DNA of 64,000 bases, from assembly GCA_050013835.1 (NCBI GenBank), contig JBEKEM010000008.1, positions 32,290-96,289 on the forward strand. The letters run 5' to 3'. Origin of the DNA: Acidimicrobiales bacterium (GTDB taxonomy: Bacteria > Actinomycetota > Acidimicrobiia > Acidimicrobiales > Bog-793). This document shows positions 19,210 through 28,847 of the stretch, one piece after another; position 1 is the first letter of the stretch, and each line of letters starts with the position of its first letter. Both the position numbers and the translations under genes were made by a program. The notes beneath the pieces were generated by a model. The model searched no databases. It was not told where the DNA came from and saw nothing but the letters and a program-made list of their open reading frames with translations.

Positions 19210-20957
19210 CGACGGGAACGAGCGCCGGCCCGACGGGGCCGCGCCCCGCGGGCACGGGGGCGGGCCCGGCCGGGCAGCTGGGCCTCGCTCCACGCCGCCT
19301 CACCCGGGCGGTCGTGTCCGGCACGGCCAGTTCCGCCTGCGGCATCGGCCTCCTGGCGACCTCGGGATGGCTCATCACGCGGGCCGCCGGGCGGCCCCCC
19401 GTGTTCGTCCTCAGCGTCGCGATCGGGCTCGTTCAGGCGTTCGCCCTGGGGCGGGGCCTCGCCCGCTACTTCGAACGGCTCGGGGTCCACGACGTCTCCC
19501 TCGACGTCCTCGGCCGACTCCGGCTCCGCCTCTACGACACGCTCGAGCCGCTCGTCCCCGGGGGGCTCGGGGGGAGCGGCTCCGGCGCCGTGCTGAGCGG
19601 CTTCGTTTCCGACGCCGAGATCATGGCGACGGCCCACGCCAGGCGGGTCACCGCCGCGATCGACATCACGGCGAGCGTCGTCCTCGGGACCACCGTCGCG
19701 GCCGTCGTCGACCCGGGCGTCGGGGGGGCGCTCTGCGCCGGGGCGGTCACCATGGTCGTCGTCGCCTTCGCCCTCGCCCGGCCCGGCCGGGCCGGGGCCG
19801 CGCGCGAGGCGGCGGCCCGCACCGAGCTCGCCGATTCGGTCATCGACACGATGCGCGCCGCCCGCGAGCTCGTCGCCTTCGGCCGCGAAGACCTCGTCGC
19901 CGTCCGCCTCGAGGAGATCCGGCGGCGCTCGAACGCCGGAGCGGCCCGCCGCGCGGTGACCACGGGGATCGGCCGCGCCGGCGCGACGGTCACCGCCGCG
20001 GCCGGACTCGTCGCCGTCGTCGCCACCGGCATCGCCGTCCACGACGCCGGCCACCTCTCGGGGGTCATGCTCGCCGTCGAGGCCTTCGTCGCGCTCGCCG
20101 TCTACGACCAGTGCGCCGGCCTCCCCCCCGTACTCGCCGATGCGGGCGCCGCGGCGGCCGCCGCCCGCCGGCTCGGGTCGCTCGCCGCCCTCGAAGCCCC
20201 GGCTGCCGAGCCCGGCGCCGACGCCGGCCCGCCCGCCGGTGCCGTCGAGGTCGCCTTCGAGAACGTCGGGGTGACCCATGGGGCGACCGTCGCCCTCGAG
20301 GCCCTCTCGCTGCGGCTGCCGCCCGGACGGCGGCTCGCCCTCGTCGGGCGGAGCGGATCCGGAAAGACGAGCGCCCTCTACGCCCTGATGCACTTCGTCC
20401 GTTGCACGACAGGGCGGGCCTCGATCGGCGGGGTCGACGTGGCGACGATGACGCGGGCGGGCATCGCCCGTCACGTCGGCTGGATGGCCGACGTGACGCA
20501 CGTGTTCGCGACAAGCCTCGGTGACAACCTGCGCGTCGCCGACCCCACGGCCGACAACGCGGCCTGTGCCGCGGCCCTGGCGCGTGCCGGGTTGGCGGAC
20601 TGGCTCACCTCGCTGCCGGAGGGCCTCGCGACCGCGCTCGGCGCGGGGGGGAGGCCGATGAGCGCCGGGGAGCGCCAGCGGCTCGGCCTGGCCCGCGCCC
20701 TCCTCGCCGGGGGCGAGGTGCTCGCCCTCGACGAGCCGACGGCGCACATCGACCCGGCGTCGTCCGCCCATGTCCTCGACGAGCTCGTCCGGGCCACCGG
20801 GTCGAAGACGGTGCTCGTCATCAGCCACGAACCCGACCTCGACGACCTCGTCGACGAGGTCGTCACCCTCGACGGCGGGCGGGTCGTGGGCCACGAGGCG
20901 ACCGGGCGCGCGACCGGCGGCCCACCTGGCGGGGCCGGGGTGGCACCGGATCGCTGA
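19206..20957 (+). CDS. cydC: Thiol/heme ABC exporter subunit CydC
   Basis: LLATSGWLITRA, RYFERL..HD, GRSGSGKT, SAGERQR; ATGA overlap with cydD. Confidence 0.88.
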   Translation: MTTGTSAGPTGPRPAGTGAGPAGQLGLAPRRLTRAVVSGTASSACGIGLLATSGWLITRAAGRPPVFVLSVAIGLVQAFALGRGLARYFERLGVHDVSLDVLGRLRLRLYDTLEPLVPGGLGGSGSGAVLSGFVSDAEIMATAHARRVTAAIDITASVVLGTTVAAVVDPGVGGALCAGAVTMVVVAFALARPGRAGAAREAAARTELADSVIDTMRAARELVAFGREDLVAVRLEEIRRRSNAGAARRAVTTGIGRAGATVTAAAGLVAVVATGIAVHDAGHLSGVMLAVEAFVALAVYDQCAGLPPVLADAGAAAAAARRLGSLAALEAPAAEPGADAGPPAGAVEVAFENVGVTHGATVALEALSLRLPPGRRLALVGRSGSGKTSALYALMHFVRCTTGRASIGGVDVATMTRAGIARHVGWMADVTHVFATSLGDNLRVADPTADNAACAAALARAGLADWLTSLPEGLATALGAGGRPMSAGERQRLGLARALLAGGEVLALDEPTAHIDPASSAHVLDELVRATGSKTVLVISHEPDLDDLVDEVVTLDGGRVVGHEATGRATGGPPGGAGVAPDR

Positions 20958-21036
20958 CCCCCGGCCGTCTGCCGACGGCCCGCCCGGAGGGGCCGGGGCC
21001 GGCGCCTCCACTCGGCGGCGGCGAGTCAGCGAACCG

Positions 21037-21921
21037 TCAGGCCTCCGGCACCGTCGGGCTTGCCGCCGCCGTCCCGCCTCCGGCCGTCTGCGGCCTCGCC
21101 GGGATCTCGTAGACGCGGCTCACCGCGGCCAGGGTGAGCGAAGCGATGCCGAGCGCGAGCACGAACTCGGGGATGGACGTGCCAAGTCTCACACCGAGGA
21201 CCGTGTACGGCGGGCTGCCGAGCACGACCCCGCTCGCCACCGCCTGGCCGAGCGAGGCGAGGGCGGCCAGCCCCAGGCCGGCCGCGACGAACGGGAACTG
21301 GGGCGTTTTCACAACCGAGTTGGCGCGCGCCACAACGACGACGGCGAGGAGGAGGACGAACCCCGCGAACCCGAAGACGGCCTGCGTCACGCCCATGGCG
21401 GCGTCGCCGACGTCGAGGGGCGGCAGGCCCTGGCCAACGGCGATGAGCGCCAGGGCGCCGGCGGCACCGAGCCACATCGCGGCGAAACGCTCCTGCGCCG
21501 GATCGTCGTGCTCGACGAGGGAGCGCCGGACCGCCTTGACGGCGCAGAAGAGGAACCACCCGCCGATCCCGACGGCGGCGAGCACCTCCGCCGTCGTCTG
21601 CGAACCGTTCGAGTTCACGGCGCCGTCGAAGGCCCCGGCGGCGATCACGATCGTGGCGACGCTCATCGCCCCCGTTTCTCCGGCCGCCGCCCAGCGGCGA
21701 CCCATGCTCAGCGTCCACGTCATGGCGACCAGGGCGACAACGCCGACCGTCCACCCGGCGAAGTACATCCACGACGCCGCCGTGTTGAGGTTGTCGGCGG
21801 TCGTCATGTTGGACGAGATCAGCGTGAACGCCAACCCCTCGAGCGCGAGCCCCGCCGTCACGAGCGCGGCGGCGAGCCACACGATCAGCATCGCCACTCT
21901 GGACTTCGTCAGTTCGATCAT
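21037..21921 (-). CDS. Hypothetical multi-pass membrane protein
   Basis: About 8 hydrophobic helices; ATG at 21921 after GAGGA. Confidence 0.7.
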   Translation of the reverse strand: MIELTKSRVAMLIVWLAAALVTAGLALEGLAFTLISSNMTTADNLNTAASWMYFAGWTVGVVALVAMTWTLSMGRRWAAAGETGAMSVATIVIAAGAFDGAVNSNGSQTTAEVLAAVGIGGWFLFCAVKAVRRSLVEHDDPAQERFAAMWLGAAGALALIAVGQGLPPLDVGDAAMGVTQAVFGFAGFVLLLAVVVVARANSVVKTPQFPFVAAGLGLAALASLGQAVASGVVLGSPPYTVLGVRLGTSIPEFVLALGIASLTLAAVSRVYEIPARPQTAGGGTAAASPTVPEA

Positions 21922-22141
21922 GCGTCCTCGCTTCGCTGGACGGTCGAGCACCCTCAGCCTGGCGTACCGGGACGTGTCGCCCGGCGCGCCGAGTCTGCCA
22001 AAGATGCGGCGGATTGGGACGACCAGAGCGCAGGCACCTCGGTGGGACGGGCTTTGCGGTCCGATCGCACCGGCGGTAGAACGTTGGCCTGGCCGGTCGG
22101 ATTCTGGCCTGGTGACCGCCCCGCCGAAGGAGTCCCACCGG

Positions 22142-23335
22142 ATGCACCATCGGATCGTCATCGTCGGGGGCGGTACCGCCGGGATCACCATCGCGGCGCG
22201 GCTGCGCCGGGCCGGTGAGCGGGACGTCGCCCTCGTCGAACCGGCCTCCTCCCACTACTACCAACCGCTGTGGACCCTCGTCGGCGCCGGCATCGTCGCC
22301 GTCGGCAAGAGCCGGCGCAGCGAGGCCTCGGTCGTGCCGCGAGGCGTGCGCTGGGTGGCCGAGGCGGTCGCCGGCTTCGACCCCGACCGCCGCGAGGTGA
22401 CGACGGAGGACGGAACCCGCCTCTCCTACGACGTCCTGGTCTGCTGCCCCGGGCTCGAGCTCGCCTGGGACCTCGTGCCCGGGCTCGCCGAGGCGATGGC
22501 GACGCCGTACGCCTCGTCGAACTACACCTTCGGGCTCGCCCCCAAGACCGCCCGGCTGACCGAGGGTTTCGCCGGCGGCACGGCTCTCTTTTCGATGCCG
22601 GGCACGCCCATCAAGTGCAAGGGGGCGCCGCAGAAGGCCGCCTACCTCGCCTGCGATGCCTGGCGCCGCCGGGGGATGCTCGACCGCTGCGACGTCACCT
22701 TCGCCACGGGGGCCGATTCCCTGTTCTCGGTGCCGGAGTACGCCGCCGTCCTCGAGGGGGTCGCCGCCCGCTACGGGATCCGCACCCGGTTCTCGACCGA
22801 GCTCGTCGAGGTCGACCCCGGGGCGCGACTCGCCACCCTCGAGCGGCGCGGCCCGGAGGGCGGGAGCCGGGAAACGGTCACCTACGATCTGCTGCACGCC
22901 GCGCCACCCCAGCGCGCCCCGGCGTTCGTGCGCGCCAGCCCGCTCGCCGGTCCCGGCCCCCTCGGCTGGGTGCCGGTCGACCGCCACAGCCTGCGTCACA
23001 CCGTCTACCCGGAAGTCTTCTCCCTCGGCGACGTGTGCGACGCGCCGACCTCGAAGACCGGGGCGGCGGCCCGGGCCCAGGCGGCGGTCGTCGCCGAGGG
23101 CGTGGTCGCCACGCTCGAGGGACGCGAGCCCCCGGCGCGCTACGAGGGCTACACCGCCTGCCCGATCGTGACGGCGCGCCACAGGATGCTGCTCGCCGAG
23201 TGCGACTACGACCACAAGGCCCACCCGACGATCCCCTTCATCGACACCCGGCGCGAGCGCTACGACATGTGGCTGCTCAAGCGCTACGGATTGCCGGCCC
23301 TGTACTGGCACGTCGTCGTGCGCGGTCGCGGCTGA
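22142..23335 (+). CDS. sqr: Sulfide:quinone oxidoreductase, type II-like
   Basis: IVGGGTAG, HYYQPLWTLVGAG, KCKGAPQK and GYTACP (the two catalytic Cys motifs), KTGAA; AAGGAG RBS. Confidence 0.85.
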   Translation: MHHRIVIVGGGTAGITIAARLRRAGERDVALVEPASSHYYQPLWTLVGAGIVAVGKSRRSEASVVPRGVRWVAEAVAGFDPDRREVTTEDGTRLSYDVLVCCPGLELAWDLVPGLAEAMATPYASSNYTFGLAPKTARLTEGFAGGTALFSMPGTPIKCKGAPQKAAYLACDAWRRRGMLDRCDVTFATGADSLFSVPEYAAVLEGVAARYGIRTRFSTELVEVDPGARLATLERRGPEGGSRETVTYDLLHAAPPQRAPAFVRASPLAGPGPLGWVPVDRHSLRHTVYPEVFSLGDVCDAPTSKTGAAARAQAAVVAEGVVATLEGREPPARYEGYTACPIVTARHRMLLAECDYDHKAHPTIPFIDTRRERYDMWLLKRYGLPALYWHVVVRGRG

Positions 23336-23727
23336 TCCCGGGCCCGCCGGACCCAGGTCTCTTCGGCACGCAGTCTCCGCCGGCTGGCTGCGCGCCCGGT
23401 GCACGACACGAACGGGCGGTCGCGACCTCGACGTGAATCCCGCCGAGGACCTACTCGCCCAGACCCGCGCGGCGCGTTGGACACCCGAGTGGCGCCACCG
23501 CGATCGAGAACATGCCCGTTTCGCGAGGAAGAACGTCCAACTGAAGTCCCGCCCGACCAAGGTCCCCTGCGCGGCCCCGCGAAGGTCGACGCCTGGGCGC
23601 AGTCCCGGGTCGAGGCGATGAACCTCGACCCGATCGGCCGGATCCCCGGGCTGATCGGGCGGGCACAACCCGCGCTTTCGCGCTCAGCCGTCCAACGACC
23701 ACGCGCGGGCTCTTACCGACCAGCCAA

Positions 23728-24408
23728 CTAGGGCCGGTGCTCCCGGTCCCCGCCCCAGGCCCCCATCGAAAGCAGGCGGTCGCGGAAACCCGTCTCGTCC
23801 ATGATCGTGCGCATCTCGGCCGCGGCCTTCTCCGAGGGGAACATCGAGCCGAGGCCGAGCTCGGCGCGCAGGTCGTCGCGCCGCTCGATGAAGCGCCGCC
23901 ACTTCGGCCCGAGCGCCTCCACCCTGTCGGCGAAGAAGACCTGCGGGGTGCCGCCGATCCCCTTGTCGTAGAACTGCTCGGCCCAGGCGGCGAACATCTT
24001 CACGTGCTTGATCCCGTAACCCTGCTCGACCTGGAGCCCGCGGATGATCTGGTTGATGACCGCGACGGAGTTCCCCCGCGGGCACCGGCTCTGGCAGGTG
24101 TAGCAGTAGAAGCAGAGCCAGACGGTGTCGTCGGTGAGCAGCGTCGGGTCGCCGTCGAGGGCCCGGCGCACGATCTCGCGGGGCGAGTAGTCGCCGAAGC
24201 GCGCCGCCGGGCAGCCCGAGGTGCAGATCCCGCACTGCATGCAGGAGAGGAACCCCTCGACGTGGCCGTGCATGCGCGGGTCGTTGGCGATCCGCTCGGT
24301 GAGCTCGAGATGCGCCGCCGCGGGCTCGTGGAAGTTCGACTCGGCGATGACCGAGTAGGGATTCGTGTGCGTCGCAGCGACCTGCGCCGACTTCCCGGAA
24401 TCAGGCAT
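23728..24408 (-). CDS. hdrC: Heterodisulfide reductase subunit C (2x[4Fe-4S])
   Basis: CMQCGICTSGCP and WLCFYCYTCQSRCPRGN; last gene of the hdr operon. Confidence 0.88.
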   Translation of the reverse strand: MPDSGKSAQVAATHTNPYSVIAESNFHEPAAAHLELTERIANDPRMHGHVEGFLSCMQCGICTSGCPAARFGDYSPREIVRRALDGDPTLLTDDTVWLCFYCYTCQSRCPRGNSVAVINQIIRGLQVEQGYGIKHVKMFAAWAEQFYDKGIGGTPQVFFADRVEALGPKWRRFIERRDDLRAELGLGSMFPSEKAAAEMRTIMDETGFRDRLLSMGAWGGDREHRP

Positions 24409-25546
24409 CGGTCCCTCCCTGTCCATTCGATCGCGGGGCGGCCCGGAAGAACTCGGGCCAGAAGTAGGCCTCCACGCGGGGGTGCCGGCGCCTGGCGGCA
24501 CCACGCACGTTGTCCCGGCACAGCAGGCACGGCGTGACGATCGGGGCCCCCTCGGCCGCGGCGAACTCGAGGAGCCGCAGCACCTCCTCGCTCGGGCCCC
24601 GGTAGACACCGCCGAGCGCGCCGCAGCAGCCGGCGTGCAACGACCGGTACGTCGTCACGCACTCGGCGCCGGCGAGCTCGGCAGCCTCGGCGAGGAGCGC
24701 CAGCGCCCCGTCCCGGTCGGCGAGGCAGCCGATGTAGGGCACGAAGCGCGCGGCGCGCCCGGTGAGCCTGCGCCCGTCACGGCGGGCCTCCCCGACGAGG
24801 ACCTCCCACAGCGGCTTGGTCGAGATCCCGGCGTCGGCGAGCGAACGGTCGCAGGCCGGGCAGGCGGTCACGACCGACCCGGCGGCGGCGAGGCACGCCG
24901 GGGGGGCGGCGCCCGCCGGGTGGCCGCAACACCCCGCCCCGGCCGGTTCGCCCAGCTCGACCCCGAGCTCGGCTGCCAGCGACAACGTGCCCCGGTGGAG
25001 CGCCGGGTCCTGTTCGAGCGAGCAGCCGGCGTAAAAGAGCGCCGCCTCGCCTCGTGGCGGGGCCGGCCGGGGCGACCGCTGGAGGCGGCGGGCGACGCGG
25101 CGCGTCCCCTGGGAGGCCGCCTCGACCAGGTCGCCGGGGACGAAGCCCCGGACCGCCATCGCCACGCCGAAGGCGACGGCGTCGACTGTCGACTTCTTCG
25201 CCAGCCGGCGAGCGGCGATTCCCGCCGCGCCGCGCTCGGGGCAGCGGGGCCCGCCGAAGGCCTGCTGGAGCGAGCGCACCTCGGCCATCACGGCGGCGAC
25301 GTCGACCTCCATCGGGCAGGCCGTCGTGCAACTGCCGCACCCGCTGCACCGCCAGACGTCCTCGGACTCGAGCAGCCCTCCGACATCCCCCGCCAGGAGC
25401 TGCCGGACCACGCGGCGCGGCCCCTCGGCCATGTCGAGCCCCTGAGGACAGGCGCCCCGGCACTGGCCGCACTGGATGCACGGCCGGCAGCGCTCCGCGA
25501 CGGCCGCCACGGCGACGCGGGCCTCCTCGGTGGCGACGGCCGTCAC
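24401..25546 (-). CDS. HdrC/HdrB-like fusion (4Fe-4S dicluster plus two compact CCG domains)
   Basis: CIQCGQCRGACP, WRCSGCGSCTTACP, FYAGCS..CCG..TACPAC, PYIGC..CCG..TPCLLC; GTGA overlap with the upstream gene. Confidence 0.82.
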   Translation of the reverse strand: MTAVATEEARVAVAAVAERCRPCIQCGQCRGACPQGLDMAEGPRRVVRQLLAGDVGGLLESEDVWRCSGCGSCTTACPMEVDVAAVMAEVRSLQQAFGGPRCPERGAAGIAARRLAKKSTVDAVAFGVAMAVRGFVPGDLVEAASQGTRRVARRLQRSPRPAPPRGEAALFYAGCSLEQDPALHRGTLSLAAELGVELGEPAGAGCCGHPAGAAPPACLAAAGSVVTACPACDRSLADAGISTKPLWEVLVGEARRDGRRLTGRAARFVPYIGCLADRDGALALLAEAAELAGAECVTTYRSLHAGCCGALGGVYRGPSEEVLRLLEFAAAEGAPIVTPCLLCRDNVRGAARRRHPRVEAYFWPEFFRAAPRSNGQGGTDA

Positions 25547-27933
25547 GACGACCCCCCTCCGGTCCCCGGCGCCACGAGCCGGGTCCCCGTCTCCCCGTCG
25601 TCGGCGAGCTTCTCGGCGTGCGCGCAGAAGGTGCGCAGCCGGCGCCCGACGGTGTGTCGCTCGGCGGCGCACAGGTGCCACTGCTCGATCGGCACCGGGT
25701 TGCCCGCCTCGGCCAGGAGCTCGCGGGCCACGGCGACCTGTTCGGCGGCGCTGCCATCGCCGCTGCGGTAGTGGCAGCGTCCCTCGGCGCAACCGGCGAG
25801 AAAGACCCCCGCCGCACCGAGCCGCACCGCCTCGATGAGGTGCAGGGCGCTCACCCGGCCGAGGCAGGGCAGCTCCACGAGGCGGACGTTCTCCGGGTAG
25901 CGGTCGCGGCGGAGACCGGCGAGCGAGAAGGCGGCGCCGGCGCACTCGGCACAGACGAAGCCGACGACGGGATGGTCCGCCCCCTCGACGAGCGTGCGCA
26001 CCTGGCCGAGCAGCGTCGCGTCATCGAGGCGGTGGGCAATCGCCAGCTCCGGGCAGTGCGCCGCGCAGATCCCGCAGGAGCGGCAGAGGCGCGAGTCGAT
26101 CACCGCCAACAAGGCGTCGGGGCGCAGGCCGTCGGGGCGCGGGCCGTCGGGGCGCGGGATGAGGCTCGTCGCGCCGAACGGGCAGGCCCCCGTGCAGACG
26201 TCGCAGCCGACGCAGCGCGATTCGTCGATGCGTGGGGCGGCACCGCCGCGCCGGCCGGCGGATGTCAGGTAGCTGTGGACCTGGCCGGCGGTCGCCGAGG
26301 CCCCGGTCGAGCACTCGACAAGCGACTTCGGCCCGGAGGCGGAGCCGGCGACGAAGACCCCCTCGGCCGAGGTCTCGCTCGCCCGGTTCTTGGCGTCGAG
26401 GACGGCGACGAAGCCCGCCTCGTCAAGGCGCGCCCCCAACACACCGGCGATCCGCCCGGTGTCGCCGGCGGGCACGAATCCTGTCGAGAGCACGACGAGG
26501 TCCGGTCGCAGAAGCCGCTTCACCCCGGCGCCCGCGTCCTCGACCTCCACGACGGGCCGGTGGTCCGCGTCGAACTCGACCCGGGGTGGTGAACCGCGCA
26601 GGAACTCGACGCCGGCGAGGCGCGCCCTCGTGTACCAGCTCTCACCCTCAGCGCCGAGCGTGCGCAGTTCCAGGTAGCAGACCGTCACACGGGTCTGCGG
26701 GAAGAGCGTGCGCAGCCGGATGGCGTGCTTCAGGGCGATCGTGCAGCACAGCCTCGAGCAGTACGGCAGCCGTCGCAGGTCGCGCGACCCGGCGCACTGG
26801 ATCATGACGACGTCCCCGACCGGCGGCTGGTCCAACCACAGCCGCTCCTCCCAGTCGTCGAGCAACGGGGCGAACTCGGTCTGGGTGAGGACCGTCTCGG
26901 CGGGGTAGCCGAGGTGGGCGACGAGCTCGCCCGGAGCCGGGTCGCACCCGGTGGCGGCGACGATCGCGCCCGCCCGCAGGCGGGCGAGCTTCGGCGACTG
27001 GGTGAAGTCGATGGCCTCGACGGGGCAGGCCTCGGCGCAGGCACCGCAGAACGTGCAGTTCTCCAGGTCGACTGCCCAGCGGACACGGCCGTCGAACACC
27101 TCGCTGTAGATCGCCCGGCGCTCGCCGTCCGGGCCCGTCACCGGGCACGCCTTCTCGCACAACCCGCAGTCGACGCAGTCGGACGTCACCATGTTCGGCA
27201 GCTGCCGGAGCGTCACTTCGAACTCCCCCGGTTCCCCGGACACCGACTCGACCTCGGTGCGACGCCAGATCACCAGGTTCGGGTGGTCGACCGCGGCGTT
27301 GCGGTAGAGGCACTTGCGGACTCCGGACTGCTCCTCGACCGTCGGCAGGCACGCCCCGCAGTCGTTCGTCGGATAGGCGGTCCCGATCCGCGTCGCCCAG
27401 CCGCCGAGGAACGGCTGGCGCTCGACGAGGTCGACGTGATGGCCCATCCGCGCGAGTTCGGTCGCCGTCGCGATGCCGGCGACGCCACCGCCGACCACGA
27501 CGACCGAGTCGACCCGGTCCCGTCCCCCGGCCACCTCGGCCCGCGCGACCGGGAACCGCACGGCGGCGCGGGCGATACGCAGGGCCTTGTCGGTGACCTT
27601 CGCCCGGTCGTCACCATGGACCCAGGAGCAGCCCTCGCGGACGTCGGCCACGGCGAGCTCGAGTCCCCGCGAGACGAGCCGGCCGAAGCGCTGTGCCACG
27701 GAGTCGGCAGAGCAGCCGACGAAGACCAGGCGCTCGCCCGAGTCGTCCTCGGCCAACTCCGCGAGGCGCGCCTGGCCTTCGGCGCCGCACCACACCCGGT
27801 GGCGCTCGACGGCGCCCTCGGCGGCGAGTTCCCGCTCGATCACGCCGAAGTCGACATTCGACGCCATCGTCCCGGCGCACTCGCAGACGAGCAGGCGCGC
27901 CGGCGCGACCGGGGCGGTGTCGGCCGGGGTCAC
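25543..27933 (-). CDS. hdrA: HdrA-like flavoprotein fused to a C-terminal MvhD/FlpD domain
   Basis: VREGCSWVH, VVGGGVAG, YPTNDCGAC, IQCAGSRD..YCSRLCC, ferredoxin motifs; C-terminal FVCAECA, PCLGRV, AGCAEGRCHY. Confidence 0.88.
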   Translation of the reverse strand: MTPADTAPVAPARLLVCECAGTMASNVDFGVIERELAAEGAVERHRVWCGAEGQARLAELAEDDSGERLVFVGCSADSVAQRFGRLVSRGLELAVADVREGCSWVHGDDRAKVTDKALRIARAAVRFPVARAEVAGGRDRVDSVVVVGGGVAGIATATELARMGHHVDLVERQPFLGGWATRIGTAYPTNDCGACLPTVEEQSGVRKCLYRNAAVDHPNLVIWRRTEVESVSGEPGEFEVTLRQLPNMVTSDCVDCGLCEKACPVTGPDGERRAIYSEVFDGRVRWAVDLENCTFCGACAEACPVEAIDFTQSPKLARLRAGAIVAATGCDPAPGELVAHLGYPAETVLTQTEFAPLLDDWEERLWLDQPPVGDVVMIQCAGSRDLRRLPYCSRLCCTIALKHAIRLRTLFPQTRVTVCYLELRTLGAEGESWYTRARLAGVEFLRGSPPRVEFDADHRPVVEVEDAGAGVKRLLRPDLVVLSTGFVPAGDTGRIAGVLGARLDEAGFVAVLDAKNRASETSAEGVFVAGSASGPKSLVECSTGASATAGQVHSYLTSAGRRGGAAPRIDESRCVGCDVCTGACPFGATSLIPRPDGPRPDGLRPDALLAVIDSRLCRSCGICAAHCPELAIAHRLDDATLLGQVRTLVEGADHPVVGFVCAECAGAAFSLAGLRRDRYPENVRLVELPCLGRVSALHLIEAVRLGAAGVFLAGCAEGRCHYRSGDGSAAEQVAVARELLAEAGNPVPIEQWHLCAAERHTVGRRLRTFCAHAEKLADDGETGTRLVAPGTGGGSS

Positions 27934-28382
27934 GCCGGCACCGCCGACAGGGACTCGGCGACCACGTGGCGGGCACCGATCTCGTCCCCACCGACGGGCC
28001 GCGCCGCCACCGCGCCGGTCGGGCAGGCGCGCGTGCAGGCCCCGCAACCGAGGCATCTCCCACGATCGAACTCGATCGTGCGGAAGGTGCGGACCCGTTC
28101 GGGGACCTCGAACGGACCGTCCGGCTCGTGGCGGGCGATCCTCCGCAGCGCCGCGCCAAGGGCGCCCCTGGTCGTCCCGGGGGGAGCGTCGAAGAGCTGG
28201 GCGGGATCGAAGAGCGAGCTCTCGGCGATGGCACCGCTCGGGCAGGCCTTGACGCAGCGGCCGCAACCGATGCAGAGCTCATCGAGACGGACGATCTCGC
28301 AGCCGATCCCGTCGGTCGTGGTGACGGGCGCGACCCCCGGCAACGATCCCAGGATCTCCCGGCCGCGCGCGGTGAGGGGCAT
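27930..28382 (-). CDS. 2x[4Fe-4S] ferredoxin-like protein
   Basis: CIGCGRCVKACP and CLGCGACTRACP. Confidence 0.85.
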   Translation of the reverse strand: MPLTARGREILGSLPGVAPVTTTDGIGCEIVRLDELCIGCGRCVKACPSGAIAESSLFDPAQLFDAPPGTTRGALGAALRRIARHEPDGPFEVPERVRTFRTIEFDRGRCLGCGACTRACPTGAVAARPVGGDEIGARHVVAESLSAVPA

Positions 28383-28385
28383 CGC

Positions 28386-28847
28386 CTAGCGCCTCCCCAG
28401 CCGGGGCAGGCCCGAGATCGTGGCGTGCATCTGGCGCGTCGCGGCGACGAAGCGGGGTGAATCCGCCGCGCTCATGGTGAACATCTGGACGCGCTCGGGT
28501 TCCACCCCCACGGAGGCGAGCAGCCGTTGCACAAAGGCGACGCGGTCGATCGCCGAGAGGTTCCCCTCCCGGTGGTGGCACTGGCCCTCGAGGCAACCGG
28601 CCAGGAAGACGCCGTCGGCACCCTCGGCGAGCGCGCTCAGCACGTGCAGGGGACCGACCCGGCCCGTGCACGGCACGAGCACGCTGCGTACCGTCGCGGG
28701 GAGGGGGATGCGGGCGTTCCCGGTCGCGTCGGCGGCGGCGTAGGCGCACTCCCGGCAGAAAAAGCCGATGATCGTCCGCTCGTCGTCGCCGTCCGCCTCG
28801 GCGTCGTCGGTCACCCGCGCGGCTCTGGCCGTCGCCGCGCTAGGCAC
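28386..28847 (-). CDS. mvhD: MvhD/FlpD [2Fe-2S] subunit
   Basis: GFFCRECAYAAAD, VPCTGRV, GADGVFLAGCLEGQCHH.EGN. Confidence 0.9.
   Translation of the reverse strand: MPSAATARAARVTDDAEADGDDERTIIGFFCRECAYAAADATGNARIPLPATVRSVLVPCTGRVGPLHVLSALAEGADGVFLAGCLEGQCHHREGNLSAIDRVAFVQRLLASVGVEPERVQMFTMSAADSPRFVAATRQMHATISGLPRLGRR

Noticed and set aside
23336-23727. Possible gene remnant between sqr and hdrC
   Set aside because: Short ORFs with no recognisable motif; cannot be supported
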